DNA of 64,000 nucleotides from Diplonema japonicum (GCA_964019335.1 OZ025752.1:186001-250000); one strand, 5' to 3'. Positions 10,950 to 24,300 are shown, counted from the stretch's first letter. Notes: generated by a model from the letters alone, not told the origin. Program-made: numbers and translations.

Positions 10950-13367
10950 ATGGTCATCGTAAGTGTCTTCGGGCAACAGCGGCGTCCTGAATGGGCACAA
11001 AACCTTCCAAGCCACAACGCGGACTTTGGTATGCACACCTCGACGATGGCGAAGCTGGGCTACGGGAGGAAACGCTACAGCTCGGTGATGGACCGCCCAG
11101 GAACGCTTCTCCTCAAGAAAAACGAAGACGAGGCCCGGGAGGCCATAACCGGCGAGGAGGCCGTGACACGATGGCAGATCAAAACAGCACTCCCAATGAA
11201 GGAAGTGGAACGGCTTCGAAGACGACTCGCCATGAAAGAATTCGTATCAGGTTGGGACCTCCTCACAGTAACCGAAATAAACGCAAGAAAACAAGTATAC
11301 AAGGCCATCAACGAAGAAATAGCCAACATCCGTACCATAAAAGTAACACGTCACTACAGCAGCGTTCAAACAGCGTACGGCTCACGAATACAACGCTGGG
11401 CACGGGAGATCAAAGAAAGAAAGCACGGTCTCCGCGCCCTCCGAAAAGACCTGTTTGAATTACGCCGGAAGCAAGCCAGGCGGACCCTCGAGACCACCAG
11501 GAAGGTCGTAGAAACGGCAGACAGCGAGCTCCGCACCGCGTCAAGGGTATCTCGTGCTGAGTCGTGTCTTGAAGCCGTCATGCTCCTCATTCGCCGCGAA
11601 GCATTGGCAAGAAGGCTTGTACATGACGAATATTTCATGAATCTAGACGCGATCCTAAGAGAACGAACAATAATCTTCACGCTCTCCGTGTTGGAGAATG
11701 CCTGGCACGCGGTCCTTCGAATCGAGGTCGTGAAGCGTGCCGCGATCGAAAAACAGCAAGGCATCGAAAGGTTCGAGACGCACAAAGAGTTCAGAATGCA
11801 GGTCTTGGCGTTGGACTCAAATGTGAAGGAAGCAACGAGACAGATTGTCCGTTGGTGGCGGGAGTGTAAAAAAGGCACATATTCCATCACGGGTAAGAAG
11901 GTTGTTTTATGCAGAAGCTTGAAGGTCACGAAGAGGTTGCTCGGCACGAAAAAACCCCCGCTTTACAAACCGAAACAGTACAAGAAACTGACGTCGCTGC
12001 TCGCTGCTCAAGGGCCCAAACCGCCGACTGGAACCGTCAGCGAAAAACGCCCGGAGTCCCTTCGTTCTGTGCAGCCCTTTGCACAGACGGAGAAGACCAC
12101 CGCACCCTTCACTCCTTTCTTATCGTTGATCCACACTTTCGAGAGCGACTGCGAGTACACCATGCATGCTGTGCAGCTTCATGAACACATTGTTCGTTCC
12201 TTGTTGCTTGCCTCGTTGTCTTCCATCACTGGGGCGTGGGCAATCCACAGTCATGAACGGTATCGAAGGCTTCTGTTGGTGGCGATGATTAAACCGAAAA
12301 TGCTTCTGTTGCACGGTGAAGGGAGTTGTTACGTGCAAAGGGTTCAAACAAAGTCGGAAGAGGGTGACGCAAGGGGATTGCTTAGAATGCAGTACTACGA
12401 GGACAAGCGCCGCAGCCTGGGCATCAGCATCGCGACGCTGCAAGAAGCGGAATCGAACCAACGGGAAACGCGTTCCGAGGAGTTGTTCACACAGTACGTT
12501 GGGTTCCTCGCGACTCTCTCAGAGCTCACCACGTCCCGATTCGTGGAGCTGCGGAACATCGCCTTTCAGGAACGAGAAGCTGAGACGAGATCCGACCTAG
12601 AATATACACAACGAGCTCATTTTATGTACGAAATGACACTTCCAAGCCTGCGCAGCATGATGCGCGCGAGGACAAAAGAGGAATACCTAAAACGCGGCGA
12701 AATCGTTGTTGAGGAGGGAAAGGCATCCAACAGCCTCTTCGAGATGTACCGCAGCCTGATGGACGGAGAGATCAAGCAGGACGTTATGAGGCGGGAAAGC
12801 AGCCGGATCTCAACAACCACAACACACAGCACAACACTGAACATTTTGGATGAACCGGTAGTGGCAACGTCTTTCAAATCTGTCCTGCAAGCATTGGTCA
12901 ACCGTGAGTGCGATAGACGAGCTGCTGTAATGGTGTTGCAAGATGGCATCCGTGCATCTGCGGAGGAGAAGTGGCATGCGGCATCTGCTGAATATCTCTC
13001 ACGCTTCATAGAGTCTATGTGTGATGATGAAGAAGCCATGCGTGTCGCGGTCCTCGAGGAACAGCAAACCTCCCGCAGCACCGTCATCACAAGCATCCTC
13101 TCTTCAATGACGGAGCATGAGGACATTGCCGACCGATCGTTCACATCTGGTGTTATCGAGCTCGAGATATGTGAAGCGAACCACCGGGGCCGCGTTGCCT
13201 TCCAAGAGGATGAGGATGTTTGGTTCCTCGCGGACTTGTCGCGCAGCCCTCCCATCACGCACGAAAGGATCTGCACCGCCCTTCACTGCTGCGAGCAAGG
13301 TAACCGGCTCTCCATCGAGAGATCCTGGGTTCTTCAGGCCATGGAGTTGTTCAAACCCCCGCTCTGA
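10950..13367 (+). CDS. Hypothetical coiled-coil protein (805 aa)
   Basis: Long ORF after a poly(A) leader, with recurring E..R..I..EE helical motifs. Confidence 0.75.
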   Translation: MVIVSVFGQQRRPEWAQNLPSHNADFGMHTSTMAKLGYGRKRYSSVMDRPGTLLLKKNEDEAREAITGEEAVTRWQIKTALPMKEVERLRRRLAMKEFVSGWDLLTVTEINARKQVYKAINEEIANIRTIKVTRHYSSVQTAYGSRIQRWAREIKERKHGLRALRKDLFELRRKQARRTLETTRKVVETADSELRTASRVSRAESCLEAVMLLIRREALARRLVHDEYFMNLDAILRERTIIFTLSVLENAWHAVLRIEVVKRAAIEKQQGIERFETHKEFRMQVLALDSNVKEATRQIVRWWRECKKGTYSITGKKVVLCRSLKVTKRLLGTKKPPLYKPKQYKKLTSLLAAQGPKPPTGTVSEKRPESLRSVQPFAQTEKTTAPFTPFLSLIHTFESDCEYTMHAVQLHEHIVRSLLLASLSSITGAWAIHSHERYRRLLLVAMIKPKMLLLHGEGSCYVQRVQTKSEEGDARGLLRMQYYEDKRRSLGISIATLQEAESNQRETRSEELFTQYVGFLATLSELTTSRFVELRNIAFQEREAETRSDLEYTQRAHFMYEMTLPSLRSMMRARTKEEYLKRGEIVVEEGKASNSLFEMYRSLMDGEIKQDVMRRESSRISTTTTHSTTLNILDEPVVATSFKSVLQALVNRECDRRAAVMVLQDGIRASAEEKWHAASAEYLSRFIESMCDDEEAMRVAVLEEQQTSRSTVITSILSSMTEHEDIADRSFTSGVIELEICEANHRGRVAFQEDEDVWFLADLSRSPPITHERICTALHCCEQGNRLSIERSWVLQAMELFKPPL

Positions 13368-13555
13368 TGCTTTCATCTCTTTCAGCTTTAGTAGAGCCCC
13401 CCCTTTTTTTTGTTATTCGTCATCTTTGCCCGCTTTACAGCAGGTGCAATGTCCGCAATTTTGTGAAAACTGATACTTTTCTTTTTTTTTTTCTTTTCCT
13501 CTTCTGTTTTATCACTTAAAAGAATCACCACAGGAGGGGTGGTGGTGGCGTTCAC

Positions 13556-15616
13556 ATGAACACTGGGAACAATGAGACTCTTAAGCCCCCAAGCACGCTT
13601 ATGGACCCTGCCACTGGGCTTGCCATAGCCGATTATTCCTCTCTCCCAGTGGAGTGTCACGGAAGCTTTCAAAAGATATTCGAGACAGACACAGGGCTAG
13701 GGGGTGTGTACCTGCTTGCAGAGGTGTTAAAGTTCAACAAGAAGCTCGCAGAGCAACGGAGGGTGCTGGTCATTACAAGGGACGCATTGTATGTATGCAC
13801 ACCGAAGGCAGAAGTTTTGAGGTGCAGCAAACTGGAGCTCATCCAAGAAGTCTACGTGCATGGCAACATCGTCGCATTCAAGATCCCTGAGGAGCATGAC
13901 CTTATGGTCAGGATCACGAAGAACAACAGAGTGACTGACATGGCGGCAGTCGCGTACTTGCAACATGTTCTGAAGCGGCTGTGCAGTTCAGTGCCCATAC
14001 ACCCGAAACAGGCGTGGTTAGACGCGAAGGCTTCTACTTCCAGCAGAGAGACAGTGAAGGCAACGCTCCGTCTAGGCCGCAGCAAGGGTTGGATGGCCAC
14101 CCGTCCAATTCCTATCGTGAAGTTCGCTTGGAAGGACCTGGTGCTCCGGCGTGGATTTGAAGACACCTGGCGGCGTCTCCACCCTTCCCGCAGCAAACAG
14201 GTCTGGGACCTCAAGAAGTTCTACGAAGAGCACAAGCGAACCGAGACATACGTGGAGGACACGAAATTCTCTGTCCGGCCTTCGAGGACTGTCACGCAGC
14301 CCACGCCACCGCTAAGCCCTTCCATCGCACCCTCTCTCCTCGACCCTCCCAGCGTCAGGTCCAGGAACCAAGCCAGCCACGGCTCGCTTGGTGGTTCCCC
14401 CCGTGATGAACGCGCTGCCGGCGTGTTTGACTCGATTGCTGGCTCCCCCATGCCTTTCATCCCCCAGCAGTCGTCTTCCCCGCCCAGGCAGCACGTTGCC
14501 TCACCCCCCAGGCAGCACGTTGCTTCGTCGCCGCCAAGGCAGGTCCCCCGGCCGCCACGGTCACAGTCCCCGCACTACAGCATGCCGATGCACGGTGGGT
14601 CAGCATCCCCTTCTCGGCATGGGCATGGTGGGTCGGCGTCCCCTTCTCGGCATGGGTCTGTCACCATGGCGATGGGACGTTCACAGTATTTTGCGCCCGG
14701 TGAAGGGGGCGAGGTGCCGCTCCCAATGTCGCACCCCGCACCGCTGGACCCCTTTCTTGTGGAGCTATCCACTGCGGCCAGTCCTGTGCCCTACAACGTG
14801 TACGAACTGCAGCAAGCAGCGAGGATCACAAAGGACCGTGAGGAGCTGGAGCCCCCGACTACCCCGCTGGCGATGTATGAACCGAGCCCACGGAAAGGAG
14901 AACGGAGAGAGAGCACCATCAGCACAGGTGTGCGCGACACAGTGGTGCGGAGCACAGTGGGAGTGAGGCCTGGAGCGGTGGTCCCACCGGGGCTATCGAC
15001 ACCTGCAACGCACTATTGGAGCAAAGCAGAGGATCCTATGACGAGAGAGAAGGAAGACAACGACAACGAATCTACACCACACGTGAGGGCGGTGGAGATG
15101 GCACACGCATTGAACGCTGCAACAAAGCAGCCGGGCGGTGGCGGAACCGAGGCGAGGAAAGCGATCTCAGAAATGCTTCGCACAACGGCGGCGTTGCTGT
15201 CTGTCGAGGATTCGGTGCGGAGCCATGAGGCGAAGATGGCAGCCTTGGGGGAGGCCACCCCCTCCCCAGCCGGTGGGGGGCGCAGCACGCGCTACGATCC
15301 GAGGTTGGATACCTTGCTTCGTGAACAAGAACAGCAACGACTTGGCTTGGACACGGTGTGTAAGAAACTGGACGGGCTCTTGCAGCCTACACAGACTGCT
15401 GCTCCCCATACGCGTAACGTATCCCCTACAGGCCACTGGGTCGGTGAAGCCGCCCTTGACAACGGTGACACAAACAGCCTCATCGGCTCACCCCTCCTTC
15501 CCTTTCCACGTAAGAACCTCTCCAAATACCAAAGTTCCCTTAAGGCTTCTATCCGCCCGAGGGCCCACTCACCTCCTGCTAGGTACCGTGTCTCCCCTCA
15601 CCACTCGCGGTATTGA
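13556..15616 (+). CDS. PH-like domain protein with Pro/Ser-rich tail
   Basis: N-terminal VLKFNKKLAEQRRVLVITRDALYVC..FKIPEEHDLMV resembles a myosin TH1/PH-like fold. The remainder is low complexity. Confidence 0.7.
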   Translation: MNTGNNETLKPPSTLMDPATGLAIADYSSLPVECHGSFQKIFETDTGLGGVYLLAEVLKFNKKLAEQRRVLVITRDALYVCTPKAEVLRCSKLELIQEVYVHGNIVAFKIPEEHDLMVRITKNNRVTDMAAVAYLQHVLKRLCSSVPIHPKQAWLDAKASTSSRETVKATLRLGRSKGWMATRPIPIVKFAWKDLVLRRGFEDTWRRLHPSRSKQVWDLKKFYEEHKRTETYVEDTKFSVRPSRTVTQPTPPLSPSIAPSLLDPPSVRSRNQASHGSLGGSPRDERAAGVFDSIAGSPMPFIPQQSSSPPRQHVASPPRQHVASSPPRQVPRPPRSQSPHYSMPMHGGSASPSRHGHGGSASPSRHGSVTMAMGRSQYFAPGEGGEVPLPMSHPAPLDPFLVELSTAASPVPYNVYELQQAARITKDREELEPPTTPLAMYEPSPRKGERRESTISTGVRDTVVRSTVGVRPGAVVPPGLSTPATHYWSKAEDPMTREKEDNDNESTPHVRAVEMAHALNAATKQPGGGGTEARKAISEMLRTTAALLSVEDSVRSHEAKMAALGEATPSPAGGGRSTRYDPRLDTLLREQEQQRLGLDTVCKKLDGLLQPTQTAAPHTRNVSPTGHWVGEAALDNGDTNSLIGSPLLPFPRKNLSKYQSSLKASIRPRAHSPPARYRVSPHHSRY

Positions 15617-15954
15617 GGGGAACTTCGGAGTGAACCAGCTGTTAGATGGTTCGATGGGTCTTTCGCCCCTATACCCAGCTTTGACGGACCCCCACCAGGG
15701 TTTGGAGAAGGTTTATTGTAAGTATATTGTGTATTTCCTCCCCACCCACCTTTTTTTCTTCTTTTTTAATACATCACTCCCCTCGGGTATACAATGTGTG
15801 CGATTCGATCGAGGTCCCCCCCCCCCCCCTTTTCCTCCCACTTCTCCTCTTTTCTTGTACACAATTTGTCCAAATACGGTTTTTTTTTTTTATATTGTAC
15901 GTGCCCCCTCAGCTTTAACATTCTGAACGAATTACCTCACACACAGAGGAGAAA

Positions 15955-18900
15955 ATGGAGGTAAAGGTTGCAGTGAGGAGCTTAGCGGTGTGCATACTTG
16001 TCACGGGCTGCTTTGGATGGCCAAAGGGTCTGAAGAGCTATGAGGACGACGACGACGACAACAACGACGGGTGTTACACGCAAGATGCCATGGACTGTGT
16101 CACAAGGTGCGGGATGTGCGCAAAAAATACCTCTGGTCTTACACCGGACTGCCCAGAGTCCTGCGAGTGCTGGATGTCTTATTCCTCGTGTGCAGGGTTT
16201 TGCGGCACATGCTCTGCTGAGTGCATTGCGGGGAACGGGACTGGGAACGGAACTTCGGGAGGCGGGTCTCAGAACCCGGGCTCCGGTCCATCAGGCGGAG
16301 GCAGTGGCGGCGGTGTACTCTACCGCTTTGCCGAATACCTGATGGTCGGGGGCGGTGGTGGAGGTGGTGACGACAACAGCACAAACTCCACGTCCCCCGA
16401 AGATGTGCCGATGGCAGCACCCGGGAACGAGACAAGCCCTGACGACAGCCCTGCCTTCAACGATACAACACCTTCGGATGCCCCGACCGAGGACAACGAC
16501 CCACCGGAACAGCCCCCTTCTGAGGACAGCCCGGAGGAATCGAACGAGTGCGCCGACGGTTGTGACACAACATGCGCAGCGCGCGGGTGTGCGTCGCAGA
16601 ACGGGAGGCTTTGCATCGACACCCCTTCGTCATCCGACGGCTTCTGTCAGAGCTACGGCCACTGCGACAAGTGCGACCTTCCTGAAGCGACGAAGTGCAT
16701 GACGCAGTGCGCATGCGGGACGGACAACGTCCAAAACATAAACAACCGGAACTGCGAGGGAGAGGTCTGCAAGGGGTGTGCCGCCTACAGGAGCTGCAGC
16801 GGGGATTGCGATGAGGAACGATACACAACGTGCAAGAACTACAAATGCTTCGAGAGGGCGAGGAAGCCAAGCTCTGACTGTTTGGGGTGCTCAGCCTTCA
16901 CGCACTGCCACACGGAACAACGCCCGAGCTGCACCGGGGCGATGGCGGACAAGTGTCTTTTGGGATGCCGCTGCGGACCGCTGGGAGAGACCTTCCTTGA
17001 CATGAACGGGACCGAAGTGGAGGCCCCGAACCCGAATTGCACAGGCTACTACTGCGAGGGGTGCGAGGACCTCCGCCACTGTTTCGAGGACTGCAACTCC
17101 ACGAAAGCTATGGAGTGCTCGAAGTGCGATGGCAGCGACTGTAAAGGGTGTGAGCCCTACGCTTACTGTGAGTTCAATGGGCGCCCTTCCTGCGACGCGC
17201 TTGACGAAGAGAACGACAGCTGCCTGAACAATAATAATTGCTCAAAAAACCCATTTAAACCGGACCACTGGACTGATGAGAGTAATACCACCACTTGTGA
17301 ACTCTGTCGGGAGATGGTCGGCCACTGCCTCAGCTGCGACAGCGACCGAGCAAAACGCTGCATGGACGAGTGCCGCTGTGGTCCCAAGCCAGAATGGTAT
17401 TGGTATACCTGGACTGGACGTGTTACACTCAACCCGAACTGCGAAGGAGCAGCTTGTGAAGGGTGTTCTGCATACCGTGGGTGCATGAAGAATTGCCGCA
17501 AGTTGTCACAGAGTGAGCGTGATAATTGCGAACAAGTGGATCAGCAACGTAATCATGGGGATAACACATCGTCAGGAAACTGGACTAGTCACGAGGAGTT
17601 CTGCCTGCCGTACTTTCACTGCTTCACACAAGGCGGCATTCCGTGCGACGGAAGAATCGAGATCCCCGACGGCTGCAACTACGAGAACTGCAAGACAAGG
17701 AATAATACAAAATCCTGGTGGGATGCATTTGCTGTGGAATTACATTGTCCGGACTGCCCCACTGGGTACGAGAATTGCAGCAAGTGCGCACACCCATTAA
17801 CCACAAACTGTATGCGCAACTGCAGATGCTCTAACATGACTTATACTGCCGATGGTGGCAATGGCACAGTCCAATCTTACAACCCGGAGTGCGATGGGCG
17901 TGCTTGCAAGGGTTGCGAAGAACGGACCGAGGAATGTCTGTTGCCTTGCGATTCGATGCCCCGCGAGTGCAAACAGTGCGAAGACTGCGGTGAGCAATGC
18001 TATGAGCAACTATGCTACGATTCTGCGTGTCTGCCATACTACCACTGCTTTACTAAAGGCGGGTTGCCGTGTATTTCAGAAGATGTAGCTTCGTGCCAAT
18101 TAGACCTCTGCATTGACGACCCAATGAATGTGACAGATTTGAATACGACACAGAACGGTTCGGGTCCACCCCAACCTTGGGTACCTTATGGTGTACCGTG
18201 CTCTGAGTGCGGCCTATACGACCACTGCCCCGATGCGTGTGCCAGTGACACATCTCAGATGTGCATGACGACGTGCAGGTGTGGTCCGAAGAATGTGAGC
18301 TACCCGGACGGGCGTGCACTGAACCCTGATTGCGAGGGGTACCAATGCCGGGAATGCCAATATTCAAGGAGGAACTGCATGAAAGGTACGGGGGGGGGGG
18401 GGGGTAAATAAAAATCAAAAGTAAGGACATTGCAACCACACAACCACACTCACAGACTGTTGGACACCCGAAGCAGGACAATGTATGGAAATATGTAAGG
18501 ATTGTCGCAGAGGGGGAAGCAACTGCTCCGAAACATGCCACGATACTCAGGGGTGTGCACCGTACCTGCACTGTTTGGACAGGGGGAGGCCACCTTGCCA
18601 GGGATTCGACCCATGTGCGTCACTGTGCGATCCTTACCAGGGGGGGTACCAATATGACCCGAAGAAGTGCGAGAAGTGCGAGGAAGAATACGCACACTGC
18701 CCTGGGAGATGCTCAACCAAACCCGCTCGGGATTGCATGATGAACTGTCGGTGCCGTCCGGAGTACGGACACGACCTCCCCCCGGGGTGGGAATGTGGGG
18801 ACTGTAAGGGCTGCGAAAGGTACCAACACTGCAAAGCACCGCATTGCAATGGGTACGAACAGTGTCAGTACGACTGCGATAAATGCGAAGAGGGCGACGA

Positions 18901-21317
18901 CAACGACGACGGCAATGGCAACATGACTGCTGGTGGCAACATGGCTGGTAACATGACTGGCGGCAACATGACTGGTGGTAACAATGTGACCCAGATGCAC
19001 TGTGACCGTTGCCAGTTGTGCCAGAGTTTCCACCACTGCTTCACCGAACGTATGTCCTCCCCCCCCCCACCCCATTTAGCTAAACACAGCATGCGAATCC
19101 ATAATTGGGAGGGGCTGTTTGAAATGCGGGTGGGAACACAAGGACCCCTGGAGTAGCAGGTGCACTGGGGAATGTGGGTATGCCGCAGAAAGGTGCGATG
19201 TGTGCAAATCGCATCGAGCAAAGCGGTGCATGAAGGAATGCAAGTGCCCCATGGGTGGTAATGGTACAGATGTGGGCAACGGAACGTCATCGAGCCCTGA
19301 GTGTGCAGGGGAGCTGTGCGAAGGGTGTGATGAGTTCAGGGACTGCAGGAGAGAATGCTCAGATACCCCCAGTATGTGCTTGCATTGCCGCGAATGCCGG
19401 GATGGTGCCTGCCTTGAGATGTGCGACACCATCTGCCTCCCTTGGCAACACTGCCAAGGGGGATGCGACCTCGACGAACAGCTGCAATGTGAGGACTGCA
19501 AGATGAACTCGACCATGAACGACAGCACACCTGTAATGCAAAAATCGGACAAGAAACCGAAGCCTAACGACAACAAGACGCGAGACGATGATGATGATGA
19601 TGATGATGATGGTGGCTACATTAGCTGCAAGGACTGCGAACGGTTCGAGCAGTGTCCCCCAGGTTTGCCCACACTTTTTACCACCTTCATGATCACCATA
19701 ATTCCACAGTGTGCGAGCATGACAGGGCTGTCAAATGCATGCGAGATTGCCAGTGTGGTCCCGAGGACCCTTCTTACGACCCCTTCAACCCGCACTGCCT
19801 TGGTAAAGCATGCCGCGGGTGCGAGCCTTTGAGACACTGCATGTTGAGTATGTTTGTTCAATAGCGAAAAAAGAAGCCCATCATCAACAGACTGCACCGA
19901 TCCCATGGCGGTGGCGTGCAACGCGACTTGTGAGGAATGCAGGTCACCTTCTTCAGCGAACGACACAGGTGCCTGCATGCGATGCTTCGGTGCCTGCGCT
20001 CCTTACTGGCACTGCTTCGGCCAGGGAATGCCTCCGTGCGGTGACACAGACCCATGTGTCAATGAGTGCGAAGTTGGCGATGGTGATGATGATGACGATG
20101 ATGATGATGATGGCAATGGTGGCAATAGTACCAATGGCAATGGCAATGGTGGCAACAATACCAATGGCAATGGCAATGGTGGCAATAATACCAATGGCAA
20201 TGGCAATGGCAATGGCAATGGCAATGGCAATGGCAATGGTGGCAATAATACCAATGGCAATGGCAATGGCAATGGCAATGGCAATGGTGGCAATAATACC
20301 AATGGCAATGGCAATGGTGGCAATAATACCAATGGCAATGGCAATGGCAATAATGGCAATGGCAATGGCAATGGCAATGGCAATGGCAATGGCAAGGTCC
20401 AGGTTAAGGCTATGCCTAGCAACAAGGTGCCCTCCAGCAAGCCAAAAAAAGAGTCGGGTTATTATTACGGCCATACGTGCCTTGGTTCCTGTTCCAAGCT
20501 CTACCCACACTGCCCTGGCCAGTGCAACAACAAGTTGGCTGATCACTGCATGTTCAGCTGCGCTTGCGGGCCCGAGGGCTACAGATATGACAACAGGTCG
20601 GCGCACAACCCTCATTGCTTCGGAGAGGTGTGCCAGGGGTGCGACAGGTACAGGCACTGCATGATGCGTATGACTTACAAACCACTACAACCCAACTCAC
20701 ACCCCGAACCACAGCTTGCTACGGACCTGAATATGACATGTGCACCACCGATGTCTGCACAGCGTGCGCCCTTCGTGATGAAATGTGCGAGTACTGCCCT
20801 CACAAGTGCAACAGGTTCGCGCATTGCATTGCGCACCTTCGAAGGCCGGACTGCGGGAACAACACCATCGAGGACCTGTGCGACGACGTGTGCGGGCGGG
20901 ACATGCCCGACAACTCCACAAATGGAAGCTATCCCGACGGCAACATGGGGATGGAGCCGGACGACAAGAAGCCTGATCAGGACAACATGAAACCGTTAAA
21001 GGCTGCGGACGAAAAGCCCGAGGAAAAGTACCCAGGAGAGGACAAGAAGGACAAAGACAAAGACTATAAATACATGGAAGAGATGGAGGCAAGGTGCGAC
21101 CACTGCATTGAAGCACACAGCAATTGCCCCGGGTCGTGCAACTCGCACAATGCCCGGGAGTGCATGACAGAATGTGCCTGCGGGAACAGCATGAACGCCA
21201 GTTACTACAACGGGAGCCACGCGAACCCTTACTGTTTGGGCAAACCGTGCAAGGGTTGCGAGACCTACAGGCACTGCATGGCAGGTATGCTTAACTAACT
21301 AAACATGAACGTAACAC

Positions 21318-21357
<40 letters not shown>

Positions 21358-24300
21358 TGCGAGTCAATGGCAGCAGGGGAGTGCACGATGGCGTGCGATA
21401 CATGCTGGTACCATGAGGCTGCAAGGCAGTACGACCCTGTGTGGGCGGCAACGCTGCCAGGGGCTGAGAACGCCACGATGTACTGCGGACAGTGCAATTC
21501 CCCCCAGTGCTTGCCGTTCCACCACTGCAGCTTGAAAGGCGGGATGCGTATGTCAACAATAATCACCCCCTCCATCCCCATCCCACCCCTCCCAAACAGC
21601 TTGCGAAGAGAGCCAGTACATCCAGGGCAAGGGTCCTTACGGCTGCGCACCGCTCCCGGGATGCTCGGAGCAGCCGAAGCCTATTCACTGCTTGCCGAAG
21701 AAATGCAACAAAAAGAGGGGCCAAGATTGCATCATTGCTTGCACGAGCTGCACCTACGAGCACAATGAAGTGGACCTCGGTGGTGGTGCATTCGGCGGGG
21801 GTGGCGAGATGATGGGCAAGAGCGAAGGCAATCTTGCAAGTAGAAAGGCGTCTTCGCAGGCGGTAGACATGATGCCGCAAATGCCAAACGAAGACCAGAA
21901 GGAAGCTGAGAAGCAGTATGACGACTGCGTGGAGTGCGCGACGAAGTGCCCGGACTACGGCCACTGCACGATCTCAGACCTGGTGTGCGAAGGGATGTTG
22001 GCGGATGATCTGTGCCACGAGGCGTGCGAGCACTCGGACCGCAGCTGTGCACACTGTTTCGAGGTCTTCACGCACTGCGGGGTAAACACAACGGTGTCAT
22101 GCAACGACCCGCAAGCACAGGCGTGCATGCCGTGCCTCACCGGGGCCTCGACGGAGGGCTGCTTCCGGTGCACGAAGTACGCGGAGTGCTCGAAGAACAA
22201 GTGCGGGACGACGCTTGGAACGGTGCAGTGCGAGCTGGGGTGCCTGCAGCCCGGTTTGGACAAGAAGCCTGCGGAAGAAGAGTGCCTGGATCACTGCTTC
22301 GCGCACCTCGAGTGCACGGGATACTGCAGCAGCGGGGCGGCGTCGGCGTGCACGGACAACGCGAACTGCCAGACCTGCCAAACCTCGGGGACAGACGCAG
22401 CGTGCACAGCGTGCAACACAGCGAGCTGCTTGTCGAACTACGGGGCCTGTCAGAGGACGGGAAGCCTGAACGAGACGGACTGTCTGAGTGCGGAGGCAGC
22501 GGGGTGTTACTACGATTGCGGCGACTGCCTCGCACCGCAGTCAACCTTCACGTGCAACAGCACCTGCAGCGGGACATGCCAGAAGTACAGGTACTGCCTC
22601 GCGATCGGAGGAGCCTACGGTTGCACGAGCGTTCAACGCAGCGTCTGCGACAGCATGTGTTTCCAGAAGTGCGGTGGCGGGCGTTTCTCACAGTGCCTGG
22701 GGTGCCTGCAGGGGGATGCGTGCGGCTTGCAGGAGTGCCTCGGGTGCAACGAGTACGCTTCTTGCGGATGTGAAGAGGATAAGATGGCGAAGCAGTGTGT
22801 GAAGGAGGCACGGGAGGTGCACTTCTGCCAGTACAGCCAGCTTCCTAGAGACGGCCCGTGCACCGGGTACCTGGGGTGCGTGGTCGACTCGTGCACTCAG
22901 AACCCGATGAAGCCCGAGGACTGCGTGGCCTTTGAGGTGAACTCCATCGCAGAGGCGCAGAACATCAGTGGGTGCATGCTGGACCTGGACATCGTGCAGA
23001 ACGGGTACGGGAATGGAACGGTGACCTCGACCGTGAGCACCGTGCTGTACGACCTGCTGCAGGAGCTGTTCAACCAGGGACAGCACCTCACCCCTTTGGA
23101 GTACCTCGAGCTGTGCGACACGTGCGCGGTGCACCTCCCTGCGGACAGCTTCGTGAACTCGAAGTGCCTGGCCTACAGCGTGGTGGGCTCGGGTTTGGCG
23201 ACGCTGTGCAACTCGGCGGCAGTGCAGAGCGCTCGGCAGTACAAGAAGACTCTTGTGGACGTCCCCGTGGACTGCGGGGTGAAGGCGTTGAAGGTGGTGG
23301 TGGCGGATGCGAACCTCCCTCCTCTAGCGGACGGCACGACAGCGGCAGCCGCCTCGTGCCAGGCTCTCGAAGACGTGTTCGAGGCGAAAGCTGGGGCGAG
23401 CTTCGACTCGGGGTGTCCGTGTGCAGAGCTCCTGTACTCGAACACCACCTACGCCGACTCGGTGTACGGAGTGGACGGCTCGGCTGGCTACTGCAGCTAC
23501 CTCATCAACGACTTGAAGGGCTACTCCAAGGCGTGCCGCTACTCTCCCGCATCGACCTGTGTGGCGACGGACATCTCGAAGCTGAACGACCTCATCACAT
23601 CGAAGTCGATCACCTCTGTCACGAACTGCGCCGCCCTGCAGAACATGCCGAGCACCGACTCCGCTGTGGTGGAGCAGGCTTGCTTCAACTGCGTGTTCCC
23701 TCTGGAAGCGGAGATCTCGCGGCTGCACAAGACTGGTGTTGCTGCGGACGAGGCCCTCGCCGACGAGCTTCTTTTCTACCTGCACTCCGACTGCCCCGCC
23801 TTGTCGACGAGGACGGAACGATGCCCGAGGTGGGCCTCGACCGTCGCGCAGTACACGACCGCAAAGGGGTGCATCCCCGGCGTGGTGTCGCAGCTGACGA
23901 CGGCTTTCAGCAATGCGGGGTTGGGGTCGGACTGCATAGCCGTGAGCAGGATCATGGACGACACTTTCAACGACCAGACAGTGGCCCTGAGGGAGTCGCA
24001 GATGCGCGCGTTGTGCGACACCTGTTTGCCGGGGATCGCCTCTTCTGTGATGGACCCTGTGCAGGCTGCGGCAAGCTGTCCCACGATGGCGGGGCTCTTC
24101 GGTCGGGTCCAGGCCGCCTGCGATGCTTACAAGACGGCGGGCTACATGGGCGGGATGCTGCAAGTGGCCCCCACCGGGACAGAGTGCGCGGCAGCAAAGA
24201 CGAGCATCGAGTCGAGCTGCCCCGGCCTGCTCGGGACAACCGGGCACCCCTCGCTGGCCCCTCAGGACGTGGCAGCGTGGTGCGGTAACACAGCGTGCAA

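Noticed and set aside
19810-20664. MAMAMA, IAIAIA and LPLPLP ORFs
   Set aside because: Alternative frames of the (GGCAAT)n repeat.
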